Both the position numbers and the translations under genes were made by a program. From a virus (lineage: Duplodnaviria; Caudoviricetes), in the IMG/VR virus record IMGVR_UViG_3300020577_008405, positions 3,069-67,068 of that record: 64,000 bases of DNA; one strand, 5' to 3'. Positions 27,039-34,866 of this stretch are shown here, piece by piece (the stretch's first letter is position 1; every line of letters starts with the position of its first letter). The notes below the pieces were generated by a model, which ran no database searches, had not been told where the DNA came from, and saw only the letters and a list, made by a program, of their open reading frames with translations.

Positions 27039-27767
27039 ATGAAATACGAAAACATTCATGAAGCATATACAGGAGTTTTGAAAGACGTCTATAATAATCC
27101 TGATTATCGAGCTGCACCTCGTGGCCTTCCTATTCGAGAGAAAGTGGATTATTCTTTTACGGTATTAAATCCAACATCTGAGCCAATTAAAACGGCAGAT
27201 GTCGAAAGGAATAATGTCATTGCAGACTATACAAGAAAAGAATTCAATCTTTATGACTCAGGGTCTAATAAGGCTGCTGAGTTTGCTCAAGCTAGTAAGT
27301 TTTGGGAAAAACTTGCAAATCCAGATGGAACTATCAATTCGGCTTACGGCTTTTTATTATGGAGAAATTACAGTTGCACCTCCAACTTTAGTAATCGCGC
27401 CATGACTCCTTGGGAGTGGGCTAGAGAGTCTTTACAGGCAGATAAAGATACTCGCCAAGCAATCTTAAGGTTCAATCTACCTGAGCATTGTTGGATTGGT
27501 AATAAAGACTTCACTTGTACGCTTACAGGTAACTTCTTAATTAGAAATGACAAGCTCTTTCTGACGATGGTAATGCGGTCTAACGATGTCGTATATGGAC
27601 TTACATATGACCTTCCTTGGTTTTGCAGCTTAATGGACAAGATGTTAGAAGAACTAAAGCCAACTTATCCGAATCTACAGAAGGGTACATATACGCATTT
27701 CGCCCATTCTTTACATATGTACGATAAAGATGAAAGTACGATTAAGAGCATGTTGGGGATAAGTTAA
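27039..27767 (+). CDS. ThyA-fold enzyme, dCMP hydroxymethyltransferase-like
   Basis: DFTCT...FLIRND...MRSNDVVYGLTYD...HSLHMY; Asp at the position of ThyA Asn177. Confidence 0.75.
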   Translation: MKYENIHEAYTGVLKDVYNNPDYRAAPRGLPIREKVDYSFTVLNPTSEPIKTADVERNNVIADYTRKEFNLYDSGSNKAAEFAQASKFWEKLANPDGTINSAYGFLLWRNYSCTSNFSNRAMTPWEWARESLQADKDTRQAILRFNLPEHCWIGNKDFTCTLTGNFLIRNDKLFLTMVMRSNDVVYGLTYDLPWFCSLMDKMLEELKPTYPNLQKGTYTHFAHSLHMYDKDESTIKSMLGIS

Positions 27768-28252
27768 TGGCAAAAGGTGAAGCTAGACAAAAAACCTGTT
27801 TGACTTGTAATTCTAGCTTCACCGCTCACAGAAGCGATGCTTGTTTTTGTAGTTTCCGATGTATGAGAAATAGTCCAAGCAATAAAGAATATTTACAGAA
27901 ATACAATAAATCATTTAACGGAAAATGGACACAAATTGTCAGTAAATGTAAGAAACTTGGTCAAGAGTTAGGATTAACTAGAGAAGAATGCATTGAATTA
28001 TGGCAGCAACCATGCCACTATTGCTCTAAGTCTTTAGATGGTGTACAAGGAATTAGTTTAGATAGAATTAATAATAATCTGAGTTATATTAAAGGCAATG
28101 TGCTTCCGTGTTGTGGAATTTGCAATAAAATTCGCAATACTTTTCTCACTGTAGAAGAGATGGAAGTAGCTATGAAGGCCGTTCTTGAATTTAGAAAGTC
28201 TAAGATGATTGGTACTGTTGCAGTACCTTTAGAAGGTAAACCTCTATGTTAA
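27767..28252 (+). CDS. His-Me finger (HNH-like) homing endonuclease
   Basis: CHYC...SLDRINNNLSYIKGNVLPCCGICN. Confidence 0.8.
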   Translation: MAKGEARQKTCLTCNSSFTAHRSDACFCSFRCMRNSPSNKEYLQKYNKSFNGKWTQIVSKCKKLGQELGLTREECIELWQQPCHYCSKSLDGVQGISLDRINNNLSYIKGNVLPCCGICNKIRNTFLTVEEMEVAMKAVLEFRKSKMIGTVAVPLEGKPLC

Positions 28253-28506
28253 GTGTTTGTGTATTTATTGTAGTAGTTTTTCGTTGGTGGTTTTTTGAGT
28301 GGTTACTTGGAACTAAGCGAATGCTACTTTTAGATAGTTTGTTATTTACTATTGGTGCTGCAATGTTTTTTGCTGACCCCAAGAGTGGATTTTTTAATTA
28401 CCTTGTAGGTAGTTTTTGTGTTTTTATCGCATTACACTCAAGCATTCGTTATATGCGATATGACAATTTTATTAAAGGAATTAAGGATGGAAACGCTAAC
28501 AAATGA
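28246..28506 (+). CDS. Small multi-pass membrane protein
   Basis: Three hydrophobic segments. Confidence 0.55.
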   Translation: MLSVCVFIVVVFRWWFFEWLLGTKRMLLLDSLLFTIGAAMFFADPKSGFFNYLVGSFCVFIALHSSIRYMRYDNFIKGIKDGNANK

Positions 28507-29218
28507 ACAATTTGAGAAAGTTGAAGAATTAGATTCTGTAATTGAGGGAGTACAGAATCTAAAAGAGAAACTTGCGCACTATCAACTTAATAGTGTTTAT
28601 TTGTTTGAGCGAATTGATTACTTCAACCCTAAAAACACGTGGGTTGAAAAAACCCACACGGGATTCCCTATCAAATACAAAGTTGTTTATATATCAAAAA
28701 CTGGCGTACCTTATCTACGACGTATTTCTGTAGCTGGAAATCCAGTTGGTAATGCTTTTATTCCACCAGAAGCACTTGCGATTCAAGCTTTAACAAATGT
28801 AACTAAAAATGAAACCTTGTTAAGCGGGAATTCAATTGTTGCTCGTTTTATCCCTGACCCAGAGCAACTTGATGCAATTCTTCTTCAAGAAGAATTTGAT
28901 CCTATGGAGCAACATAGAAAAAAGTCTCAACTTTTTAATGAGATCAATAAACACAATAAATCAGTCTTAGTCCGTACTGGTTCTGATTACAACAGTATTG
29001 CTACGTTTTTTAAGAACTTGCAACCTGGTGATAAGTTTTGGACTTCTGTAGAAAAACAGTTTGTTATTCAATCAGTTGTTAAAGTTAATCGTGAGTATGT
29101 AATTACTTGTACTGATCACAATCAAGCAACTGTCGAATTTCGTTTCAAAGATTTTATGTATAAGCGGCTATATTCTGCTCAACCGCGATCTTTCCGCAAA
29201 GAGACTCGAAGTGAATAA
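28487..29218 (+). CDS. Hypothetical protein, paralog of 34114-34866
   Basis: YLRRISVAG, RFIPDPE, LQPGDKFW. Confidence 0.75.
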   Translation: METLTNEQFEKVEELDSVIEGVQNLKEKLAHYQLNSVYLFERIDYFNPKNTWVEKTHTGFPIKYKVVYISKTGVPYLRRISVAGNPVGNAFIPPEALAIQALTNVTKNETLLSGNSIVARFIPDPEQLDAILLQEEFDPMEQHRKKSQLFNEINKHNKSVLVRTGSDYNSIATFFKNLQPGDKFWTSVEKQFVIQSVVKVNREYVITCTDHNQATVEFRFKDFMYKRLYSAQPRSFRKETRSE

Positions 29219-29375
29219 CAAACTGAGACCTGAAAAAATACGTCGAAAAATAGGTTATCTTCGACATATGAATGCACGAAATCCTACATCTGGAGCAAAT
29301 AGAAATACTTGGACTGTGTTTTGGATGATCTTATATAAGTTAAAATTAACTACTAAACTGCATTACCACTTCTAA
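29211..29375 (+). CDS. LxL-motif microprotein (54 aa)
   Basis: GTG start overlapping upstream stop; FWMILYKLKLTT. Confidence 0.65.
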   Translation: MNNKLRPEKIRRKIGYLRHMNARNPTSGANRNTWTVFWMILYKLKLTTKLHYHF

Positions 29376-29408
29376 TCCGAATCAATATTTCTTCACAAGG
29401 AGATACAC

Positions 29409-29840
29409 GTGTCCACACTGCCGAATGTAGTTTCTACTCCCGTTGAGCCGGTTTCTGATGAACAGAAGGAATTTCTCGCTGAGGCTGAAGTTATGGACCT
29501 CGGACCCATCAAAGGCAAGACGTATGTTGTTGCTGTTGGTACGGGTGATCCCAACAAGGTGAAGTTTCTTTGTTCAACAATTCACGGTCCTTACGATTTC
29601 ACTGAGATGTGCCAAGAAGTTGGCGAAATGTGGGTTCAGCATCAGCATCATGCTAAAGTAATCATCATGGAAAAGGATCCTAAATCTCGTGTTCTTTTGC
29701 TTGATGCGAACACGATTGATTACATTGAAGCCCACTACGTAGACATTATCATGGAAGAGACGTTGGCTGGTTTCCAAGATAAGGAGTTTACGTGCAGCGC
29801 TGGCACTATCGAAGAAGCTCCTTCTGAAGAAAAGAAGTGA
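29409..29840 (+). CDS. Hypothetical acidic protein
   Basis: AAGGAG RBS, GTG start. Confidence 0.75.
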   Translation: MSTLPNVVSTPVEPVSDEQKEFLAEAEVMDLGPIKGKTYVVAVGTGDPNKVKFLCSTIHGPYDFTEMCQEVGEMWVQHQHHAKVIIMEKDPKSRVLLLDANTIDYIEAHYVDIIMEETLAGFQDKEFTCSAGTIEEAPSEEKK

Positions 29841-29841
29841 C

Positions 29842-29988
29842 ATGACCACAACGAGCCAATTACTACGATGGTTACATATGGCTCATTTTCTTTCATTTAT
29901 TCGGACTATAAAGTTAATTAGAAATCACACTGGTACTGAAGCATTAATTCTGGAGTATAGACGTATATGTCCGCCTCTAGAACCATAA
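29842..29988 (+). CDS. LxL-motif microprotein (48 aa)
   Basis: FLSFIRTIKLIR. Confidence 0.6.
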   Translation: MTTTSQLLRWLHMAHFLSFIRTIKLIRNHTGTEALILEYRRICPPLEP

Positions 29989-30152
29989 CTTCAAAAATTC
30001 TTTTAGATAGTCATCTTAAAACATTTAATTGGTTTTTTTGGATTTTGAGGGAAACAGGTCTTATAAAGAAAATGACCTTCTATGAGATAACTCATAATAC
30101 AGCTAAAGAATTTTATGGTGCGCGCATCACTTCAACACTTAAAAGCTTTTGA
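29967..30152 (+). CDS. LxL-motif microprotein (61 aa)
   Basis: FFWILRETGLIK. Confidence 0.65.
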   Translation: MSASRTITSKILLDSHLKTFNWFFWILRETGLIKKMTFYEITHNTAKEFYGARITSTLKSF

Positions 30153-30240
30153 TTATCTTCTTTGGTGTATATTTAGATTAAAATTAATAAGCAAGAAGAG
30201 TATGGATGACACATATTCGCGTTCGCGCTTTTTAAGATAA
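30115..30240 (+). CDS. LxL-motif microprotein (41 aa)
   Basis: LLWCIFRLKLIS. Confidence 0.65.
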   Translation: MVRASLQHLKAFDYLLWCIFRLKLISKKSMDDTYSRSRFLR

Positions 30241-30244
30241 AGTT

Positions 30245-30377
30245 ATGACTAGCTCACTCAAATCAGAACAATGGTTGTATTTTGTGCGTTTTTTTCCGAT
30301 CACTTATCTATTTAAAACTAATTGATCCCGTAACGAGTAGTATTTCATTAAAGAAAGCACATAATCGTACTCTTTAA
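30245..30377 (+). pseudogene. LxL-motif microprotein frameshifted at a T7 run
   Basis: Removing one T from 30289-30295 gives MTSSLKSEQWLYFVR-FFRSLIYLKLID-PVTSS... Confidence 0.55.
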
Positions 30378-30383
30378 AATAAA

Positions 30384-30542
30384 ATGACTCGGGAACAATT
30401 AGTTTTGGCAGATTATTTTTTGTCACTTGGTGTGCTTTTAGGACTCTTTTCTCGTAAAGCTTCAAACACAGCCTGGTGGAGAGTGCGTGATCGAATGGCA
30501 CGCAATGAGCCTGGATTAGGTAAACTCCATGAAAGACTTTAA
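30384..30542 (+). CDS. LxL-motif microprotein (52 aa)
   Basis: FLSLGVLLGLFS. Confidence 0.55.
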   Translation: MTREQLVLADYFLSLGVLLGLFSRKASNTAWWRVRDRMARNEPGLGKLHERL

Positions 30543-30699
30543 AAAACTATCTCGTCGTGATCAGCATTCTTGGATTGATGTTATGGATAGTTATCTTATG
30601 TTCTGCTGTAAACTTAATCTTATTTCAAGCGAATGTAATGCAGCTTGTTGGGATTTTGTGGTTGATAAGTATTTAACAAAGGCAAGAAAATATGACTGA
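30529..30699 (+). CDS. LxL-motif microprotein (56 aa)
   Basis: YLMFCCKLNLIS; overlaps orn start. Confidence 0.6.
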   Translation: MKDFKKLSRRDQHSWIDVMDSYLMFCCKLNLISSECNAACWDFVVDKYLTKARKYD

Positions 30700-31213
30700 T
30701 TATCTTTGGGCTGATTGTGAAATGACTGGGTTGGACAATAAAAACTGTCGAATTATCGAAGTTGCATGTATCCTCACTAAGGACGATCTTGTTCCTTATA
30801 GTCAATTTGAAGCTATTGTTTATCAAAATCCGCACGTTGGATGGGAACAAGTAGCTAAGGAAATGCATAAGAAGAGTGGTCTTTTTGATTTAATTCAAAA
30901 CGAAGGATTAGACGAGCGTGGTGTAGTTGCTGAACTTGTGTTTTGGCTTAAAGGCAATGTTGGTACGAATTTAGTTAATCTTGCTGGCAATTCTGTTCAC
31001 TTTGATCGTGGTTTTCTAATTGAACAATGGCCGGAAATTAAGCCCTTTTTGTCGCATCGTCATCTTGACGTTAGTTCATTCAAGATTTATGCAGAAGGAC
31101 AAGGAATTAAGAAGTTTAGTTCCACCTTGCCTGCTCATCGAGCTATGGATGACATTGAACACTCGATCAAGGAGTTTAAGTATTACTTAAGTGAATTAAA
31201 GAAGCTCCCATAA
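30692..31213 (+). CDS. orn: Oligoribonuclease (DEDDh)
   Basis: WADCEMTGLD, AGNSVHFDRGFL, HRHLDVSS, HRAMDDI. Confidence 0.9.
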   Translation: MTDYLWADCEMTGLDNKNCRIIEVACILTKDDLVPYSQFEAIVYQNPHVGWEQVAKEMHKKSGLFDLIQNEGLDERGVVAELVFWLKGNVGTNLVNLAGNSVHFDRGFLIEQWPEIKPFLSHRHLDVSSFKIYAEGQGIKKFSSTLPAHRAMDDIEHSIKEFKYYLSELKKLP

Positions 31214-31221
31214 GGAACAAC

Positions 31222-31728
31222 ATGACAACAGTCCTTACATCTTTTCTTATATCTTTAGTTCCTTTAGACATGAAAGTGTCTACTTGGCCACTCGAAGGTA
31301 TGAATGGAGAACTTAATAATATTGCTTACATGGAGTCATATTATGGGACTTATGTCAACCATGAACCACATGTTCGTGGAGCGTTTCATACTGCTTTTGG
31401 TTCGCTAGGACTAAAACCAGTTACTGCTCATGATCAGTATTTGAAGTCCCCAAGACTTCAAAAGCAATTTCCGGGTCTTCAAGATGAAAAAGTTTTCTTG
31501 CAAGAGTTTTGGCGCAATCGTTTACTTTATGTGCAATGTGCCAACTTTCATTGGTATTATTTACGATCAGTGACACCTACATTAGCGAGAGCTGTTTATT
31601 CTTGGCGATGGGGTTTGACTGCTTCTAATAATGCAACAGATGAGCAGATTGCAACTGATTCATATACGGCTAAATATGCCATACTCACGCAACGATATAT
31701 CGATGCAAGAACCATCTCCAAGCGTTAA
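31222..31728 (+). CDS. Hypothetical protein, possibly lysozyme-fold
   Basis: AAGGA RBS; IAYMES resembles the SLT catalytic Glu motif (weak). Confidence 0.5.
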   Translation: MTTVLTSFLISLVPLDMKVSTWPLEGMNGELNNIAYMESYYGTYVNHEPHVRGAFHTAFGSLGLKPVTAHDQYLKSPRLQKQFPGLQDEKVFLQEFWRNRLLYVQCANFHWYYLRSVTPTLARAVYSWRWGLTASNNATDEQIATDSYTAKYAILTQRYIDARTISKR

Positions 31729-31861
31729 TGGTATATATCCACCATACTTAGCTTATGCATATTTAATTAACTTTTATTGGACTCTTCATACATTAAAGTT
31801 AATGTCAGATTCTGTTTTTACTTTAGCTAAGCAAAAAGTGTTTGAAAAATATTTATGGTAA
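31703..31861 (+). CDS. LxL-motif microprotein (about 52 aa)
   Basis: FYWTLHTLKLMS. Confidence 0.6.
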   Translation: MQEPSPSVNGIYPPYLAYAYLINFYWTLHTLKLMSDSVFTLAKQKVFEKYLW

Positions 31862-32877
31862 CTCTACTTACAAGAGACGAATTTCGCAATGGTGTATTTG
31901 CTCGTGATGGGCATAAATGCGTTATTTGTAAACTACCTGCTCAAGACGCTCATCATATTTTAGAGCGACGACTTTGGCCTGATGGTGGATACTACTTAGA
32001 TAATGGAGCAAGTCTTTGTGGTGAACATCATATACAAGCCGAACAGACTACTCTAAGTTGTCCTGAAATTCGTGAGAAAGCGGGTATTGCTAAGATAGTA
32101 TTACCACCTCACTTATATCGTGATCAAGAGTATGACAAGTGGGGAAACCCTATTCTCCCTAATGGAACTAGGTTAAGAGGTGATCTTTTTTCTGATGAGA
32201 GCGTGCAAAAGATTCTGCAACCTGTTTTATCACTTTTCACGCATCACGTCAAATATCCAAGAACCTATCACGTCCCCTGGTCACCAGGAATGACAAAAGA
32301 TGATAGGGCCATGCCTACGGATGGGCCCTTTATTGGACAAGAAGTAGTGGCAACTCTTAAGATGGACGGAGAGAACACAACTATGTATCGAGATTATGTT
32401 CATGCTCGATCATTAGTTTATGAGCCCCATCCATCAAGAAATTGGGCAAAAACTATTCATAGTCGGATTAGCCATGAAATCCCCGAAGGTTGGAGGATTT
32501 GTGGAGAGAATCTAGCAGCAGTTCACAGCATTGAATACAAGGATCTTCCTAGTTATTTCATGATTTTTAGCATTTGGAATGACAAGAATATTTGTCTTTC
32601 TTGGAAAGAAACAGTTGAATGGGCTCAACTTTTAGACCTTCCAACTGTGCATGATTTTTGGCAAGGTACATATAACAATGAAGGATATGGAATCCGTGAA
32701 GCGTTTAGTAACAATTACGCTTCTACTCATGAAGGATATGTGATTCGACTAGCTGGATCCTTTCCTTATTCTGAGTTCCGTAAAAGTGTAGGCAAGTATG
32801 TGCGTAAAAACCATGTACAAACTCATGGGCATTGGATGCGGCAAGTAATGCGGCTAAATGGTTTAGCTAATGCCTAA
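31855..32877 (+). CDS. HNH-domain / ATP-dependent RNA ligase fusion
   Basis: CVIC..DAHH..NGASLCGEHH; KYPRTYH, KMDGEN, CGENL, EGYVIR, KYVR. Confidence 0.85.
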   Translation: MVTLLTRDEFRNGVFARDGHKCVICKLPAQDAHHILERRLWPDGGYYLDNGASLCGEHHIQAEQTTLSCPEIREKAGIAKIVLPPHLYRDQEYDKWGNPILPNGTRLRGDLFSDESVQKILQPVLSLFTHHVKYPRTYHVPWSPGMTKDDRAMPTDGPFIGQEVVATLKMDGENTTMYRDYVHARSLVYEPHPSRNWAKTIHSRISHEIPEGWRICGENLAAVHSIEYKDLPSYFMIFSIWNDKNICLSWKETVEWAQLLDLPTVHDFWQGTYNNEGYGIREAFSNNYASTHEGYVIRLAGSFPYSEFRKSVGKYVRKNHVQTHGHWMRQVMRLNGLANA

Positions 32878-32971
32878 ATAGGATAGTGTTAATCCAGAAG
32901 TACGAGTAAGAAAATTTTACCTAACAATAGCAGTTTAAAGATAAAGAATATAAAAATTAACATTAAGTAAA

Positions 32972-33139
32972 ATGCTACTCACTCACTTAGCCATTAAGTC
33001 TCGACTAACGGCATCTAAAATAACAATGTTACAGACAACTGTACTTTTCTTATGGATGCTACGTATACTACATTTAATTAGCATTGATACAAATTGGTGC
33101 GCGCGGAATTTAGTTTACGATGAGTACAAATACCTATAA
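32972..33139 (+). CDS. LxL-motif microprotein (55 aa)
   Basis: FLWMLRILHLIS. Confidence 0.65.
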   Translation: MLLTHLAIKSRLTASKITMLQTTVLFLWMLRILHLISIDTNWCARNLVYDEYKYL

Positions 33140-33296
33140 TCGTCATATCGTATTTCCCTTTGGAGGCTTTCAATATGCGAGCTTTCGAAGATTGCGCGCT
33201 ATGTGGCCTTCGGGCGGCGATGCACAAATTTCTTTTATAGGGTTTTTAACAATCTTATCTAGGTTAGGACTGTGTTCTGCAAGGCATTTAGACTAA
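33120..33296 (+). CDS. LxL-motif microprotein (58 aa)
   Basis: FLTILSRLGLCS. Confidence 0.6.
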   Translation: MSTNTYNRHIVFPFGGFQYASFRRLRAMWPSGGDAQISFIGFLTILSRLGLCSARHLD

Positions 33297-33305
33297 AAGG
33301 AATAG

Positions 33306-33857
33306 TTGTTAATGACAATACTGTTAAATAAAGTACCTGTTCTAGATAAAGGATTTGTAGCTACATACGATACTAGTTGTAATAGCACGAAGTTAAATGA
33401 ACTTGCCGTTGAGTTCTATAAACGACTCGATGGCAAGTTTCTTTGTGAGAATTCTTCACTAACAGTGATGATGAAATGTCCGCTGTTTATTCAACTGAAT
33501 CTCTCACAATTCAATCTACGAATTACTAATTTACCAAATATCGGCTCAGATGAACTAGAGTGTTATTGCCCTAATGCAGGTGAGATTGGTAGTGGTGATT
33601 TTCAGGTTGGCATTGATATCTCAGAAGACATGAAGCGGACATCATCTGCATTATTGATGAACCATAAGGCTTATCAAGCTGATGGCTGTGATCGCTTTAT
33701 GTCACAAATCCTAACACCTATCAACACTTACACAACCATTCTTGTTCATGGATTGTATAATGATTGGAGCAGGTTTATTTCACAAAATAATGCACCTGCC
33801 CCAATTGCAGCTTATATCATTGCTGTGGGGCAGTTGCTTAAAGCTGAGTGGCAATGA
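33306..33857 (+). CDS. Degenerate ThyX-like protein
   Basis: VLDKGFV N-term, KCPLFI, ILTPINTYT; lacks RHRx7S motif. Confidence 0.55.
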   Translation: MLMTILLNKVPVLDKGFVATYDTSCNSTKLNELAVEFYKRLDGKFLCENSSLTVMMKCPLFIQLNLSQFNLRITNLPNIGSDELECYCPNAGEIGSGDFQVGIDISEDMKRTSSALLMNHKAYQADGCDRFMSQILTPINTYTTILVHGLYNDWSRFISQNNAPAPIAAYIIAVGQLLKAEWQ

Positions 33858-34117
33858 CAAAGAAACCAACCCAAAAAACAGAAAAAGGCCCAGTTCTAGA
33901 AAAGACTTACGAAACAGAGATTGAATTCATGTGTCCTGTTAGAGGCTTAGTTAAGCAAACAGTGACGATTAAGAAATATCAAAGTCAAGATGAAGCTGGA
34001 CATCCAGTAGAAAACATTCGCCACAGTAGCAGTGTCGCTGATCTACTAGATAGGAAACATTCAGGACTCCCTCTGTTTGAGGATGAAGAAGATAACGAGG
34101 ATACTACCTTTTCATGA
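33848..34117 (+). CDS. Hypothetical protein
   Basis: Overlapping ORF in gene run. Confidence 0.65.
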   Translation: MAMTKKPTQKTEKGPVLEKTYETEIEFMCPVRGLVKQTVTIKKYQSQDEAGHPVENIRHSSSVADLLDRKHSGLPLFEDEEDNEDTTFS

Positions 34118-34866
34118 AATACGAAATTACGCAAACTGATCGCGACATAATGGAACGCGATATGCATACTGATCGAACGCTTAAACACCTTCGAAATCTT
34201 TCATTTTATAAATTTACTATTGGCGATGTTTTGATTCGCGAAGAGAAGTATCGAAAACATGGTTCGCATGATGAATACGAATGGAAGCCAATGACTGCTT
34301 CTTGTGGATTAAATAACAAATATGTTTATATATTTGAAAATGAACTTGGAATTGGTTATATTCGTCGTTTAAGTGTAAATGGACGCAAATTTGTTGATCA
34401 TCCGATGTGTGTTACCACTTTTGATCCTGACCAAACCAGGTTTTCTTTAGATCCAGAATACGCTGATCATATGCTTTTATCAGGCGAGGATGATGAATTC
34501 GATACCCAAACTCGTTATGAAACACTTAAGAAGAAGAAGGAACGTGTTAAGCGCATGAATGCAAAGCTTGCTCTTAAACTTGATACTAGCAATGAATTAA
34601 GTGTTGTGACTTGGATGAAAAGTCTTAAGCCAGGTGATACACTTTGGTGGGGCAATGGTCTTAGTAATATTCGTAAAGAACCCCTTGTTGTTCAATCTGT
34701 AACAACGAATACTAATTCATGGGGTTATAACCAAAATACCCACACTCTAAAATGTGTAGATGTTAATAATCCAACTGGATATCCTCACACATTCCAGTCA
34801 AATTATATGGGACCATATTGCTTCTTTACAACACGACCACATTTCGCTGATGAGGTACTTGACTAA
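34114..34866 (+). CDS. Hypothetical protein, paralog of 28487-29218
   Basis: YIRRLSVNG, RFSLDPE, LKPGDTLW. Confidence 0.75.
   Translation: MKYEITQTDRDIMERDMHTDRTLKHLRNLSFYKFTIGDVLIREEKYRKHGSHDEYEWKPMTASCGLNNKYVYIFENELGIGYIRRLSVNGRKFVDHPMCVTTFDPDQTRFSLDPEYADHMLLSGEDDEFDTQTRYETLKKKKERVKRMNAKLALKLDTSNELSVVTWMKSLKPGDTLWWGNGLSNIRKEPLVVQSVTTNTNSWGYNQNTHTLKCVDVNNPTGYPHTFQSNYMGPYCFFTTRPHFADEVLD

Noticed and set aside
30304-30501. Minus-strand 65-aa ORF from the track
   Set aside because: Antisense to two motif-bearing + strand microproteins in a + strand operon.
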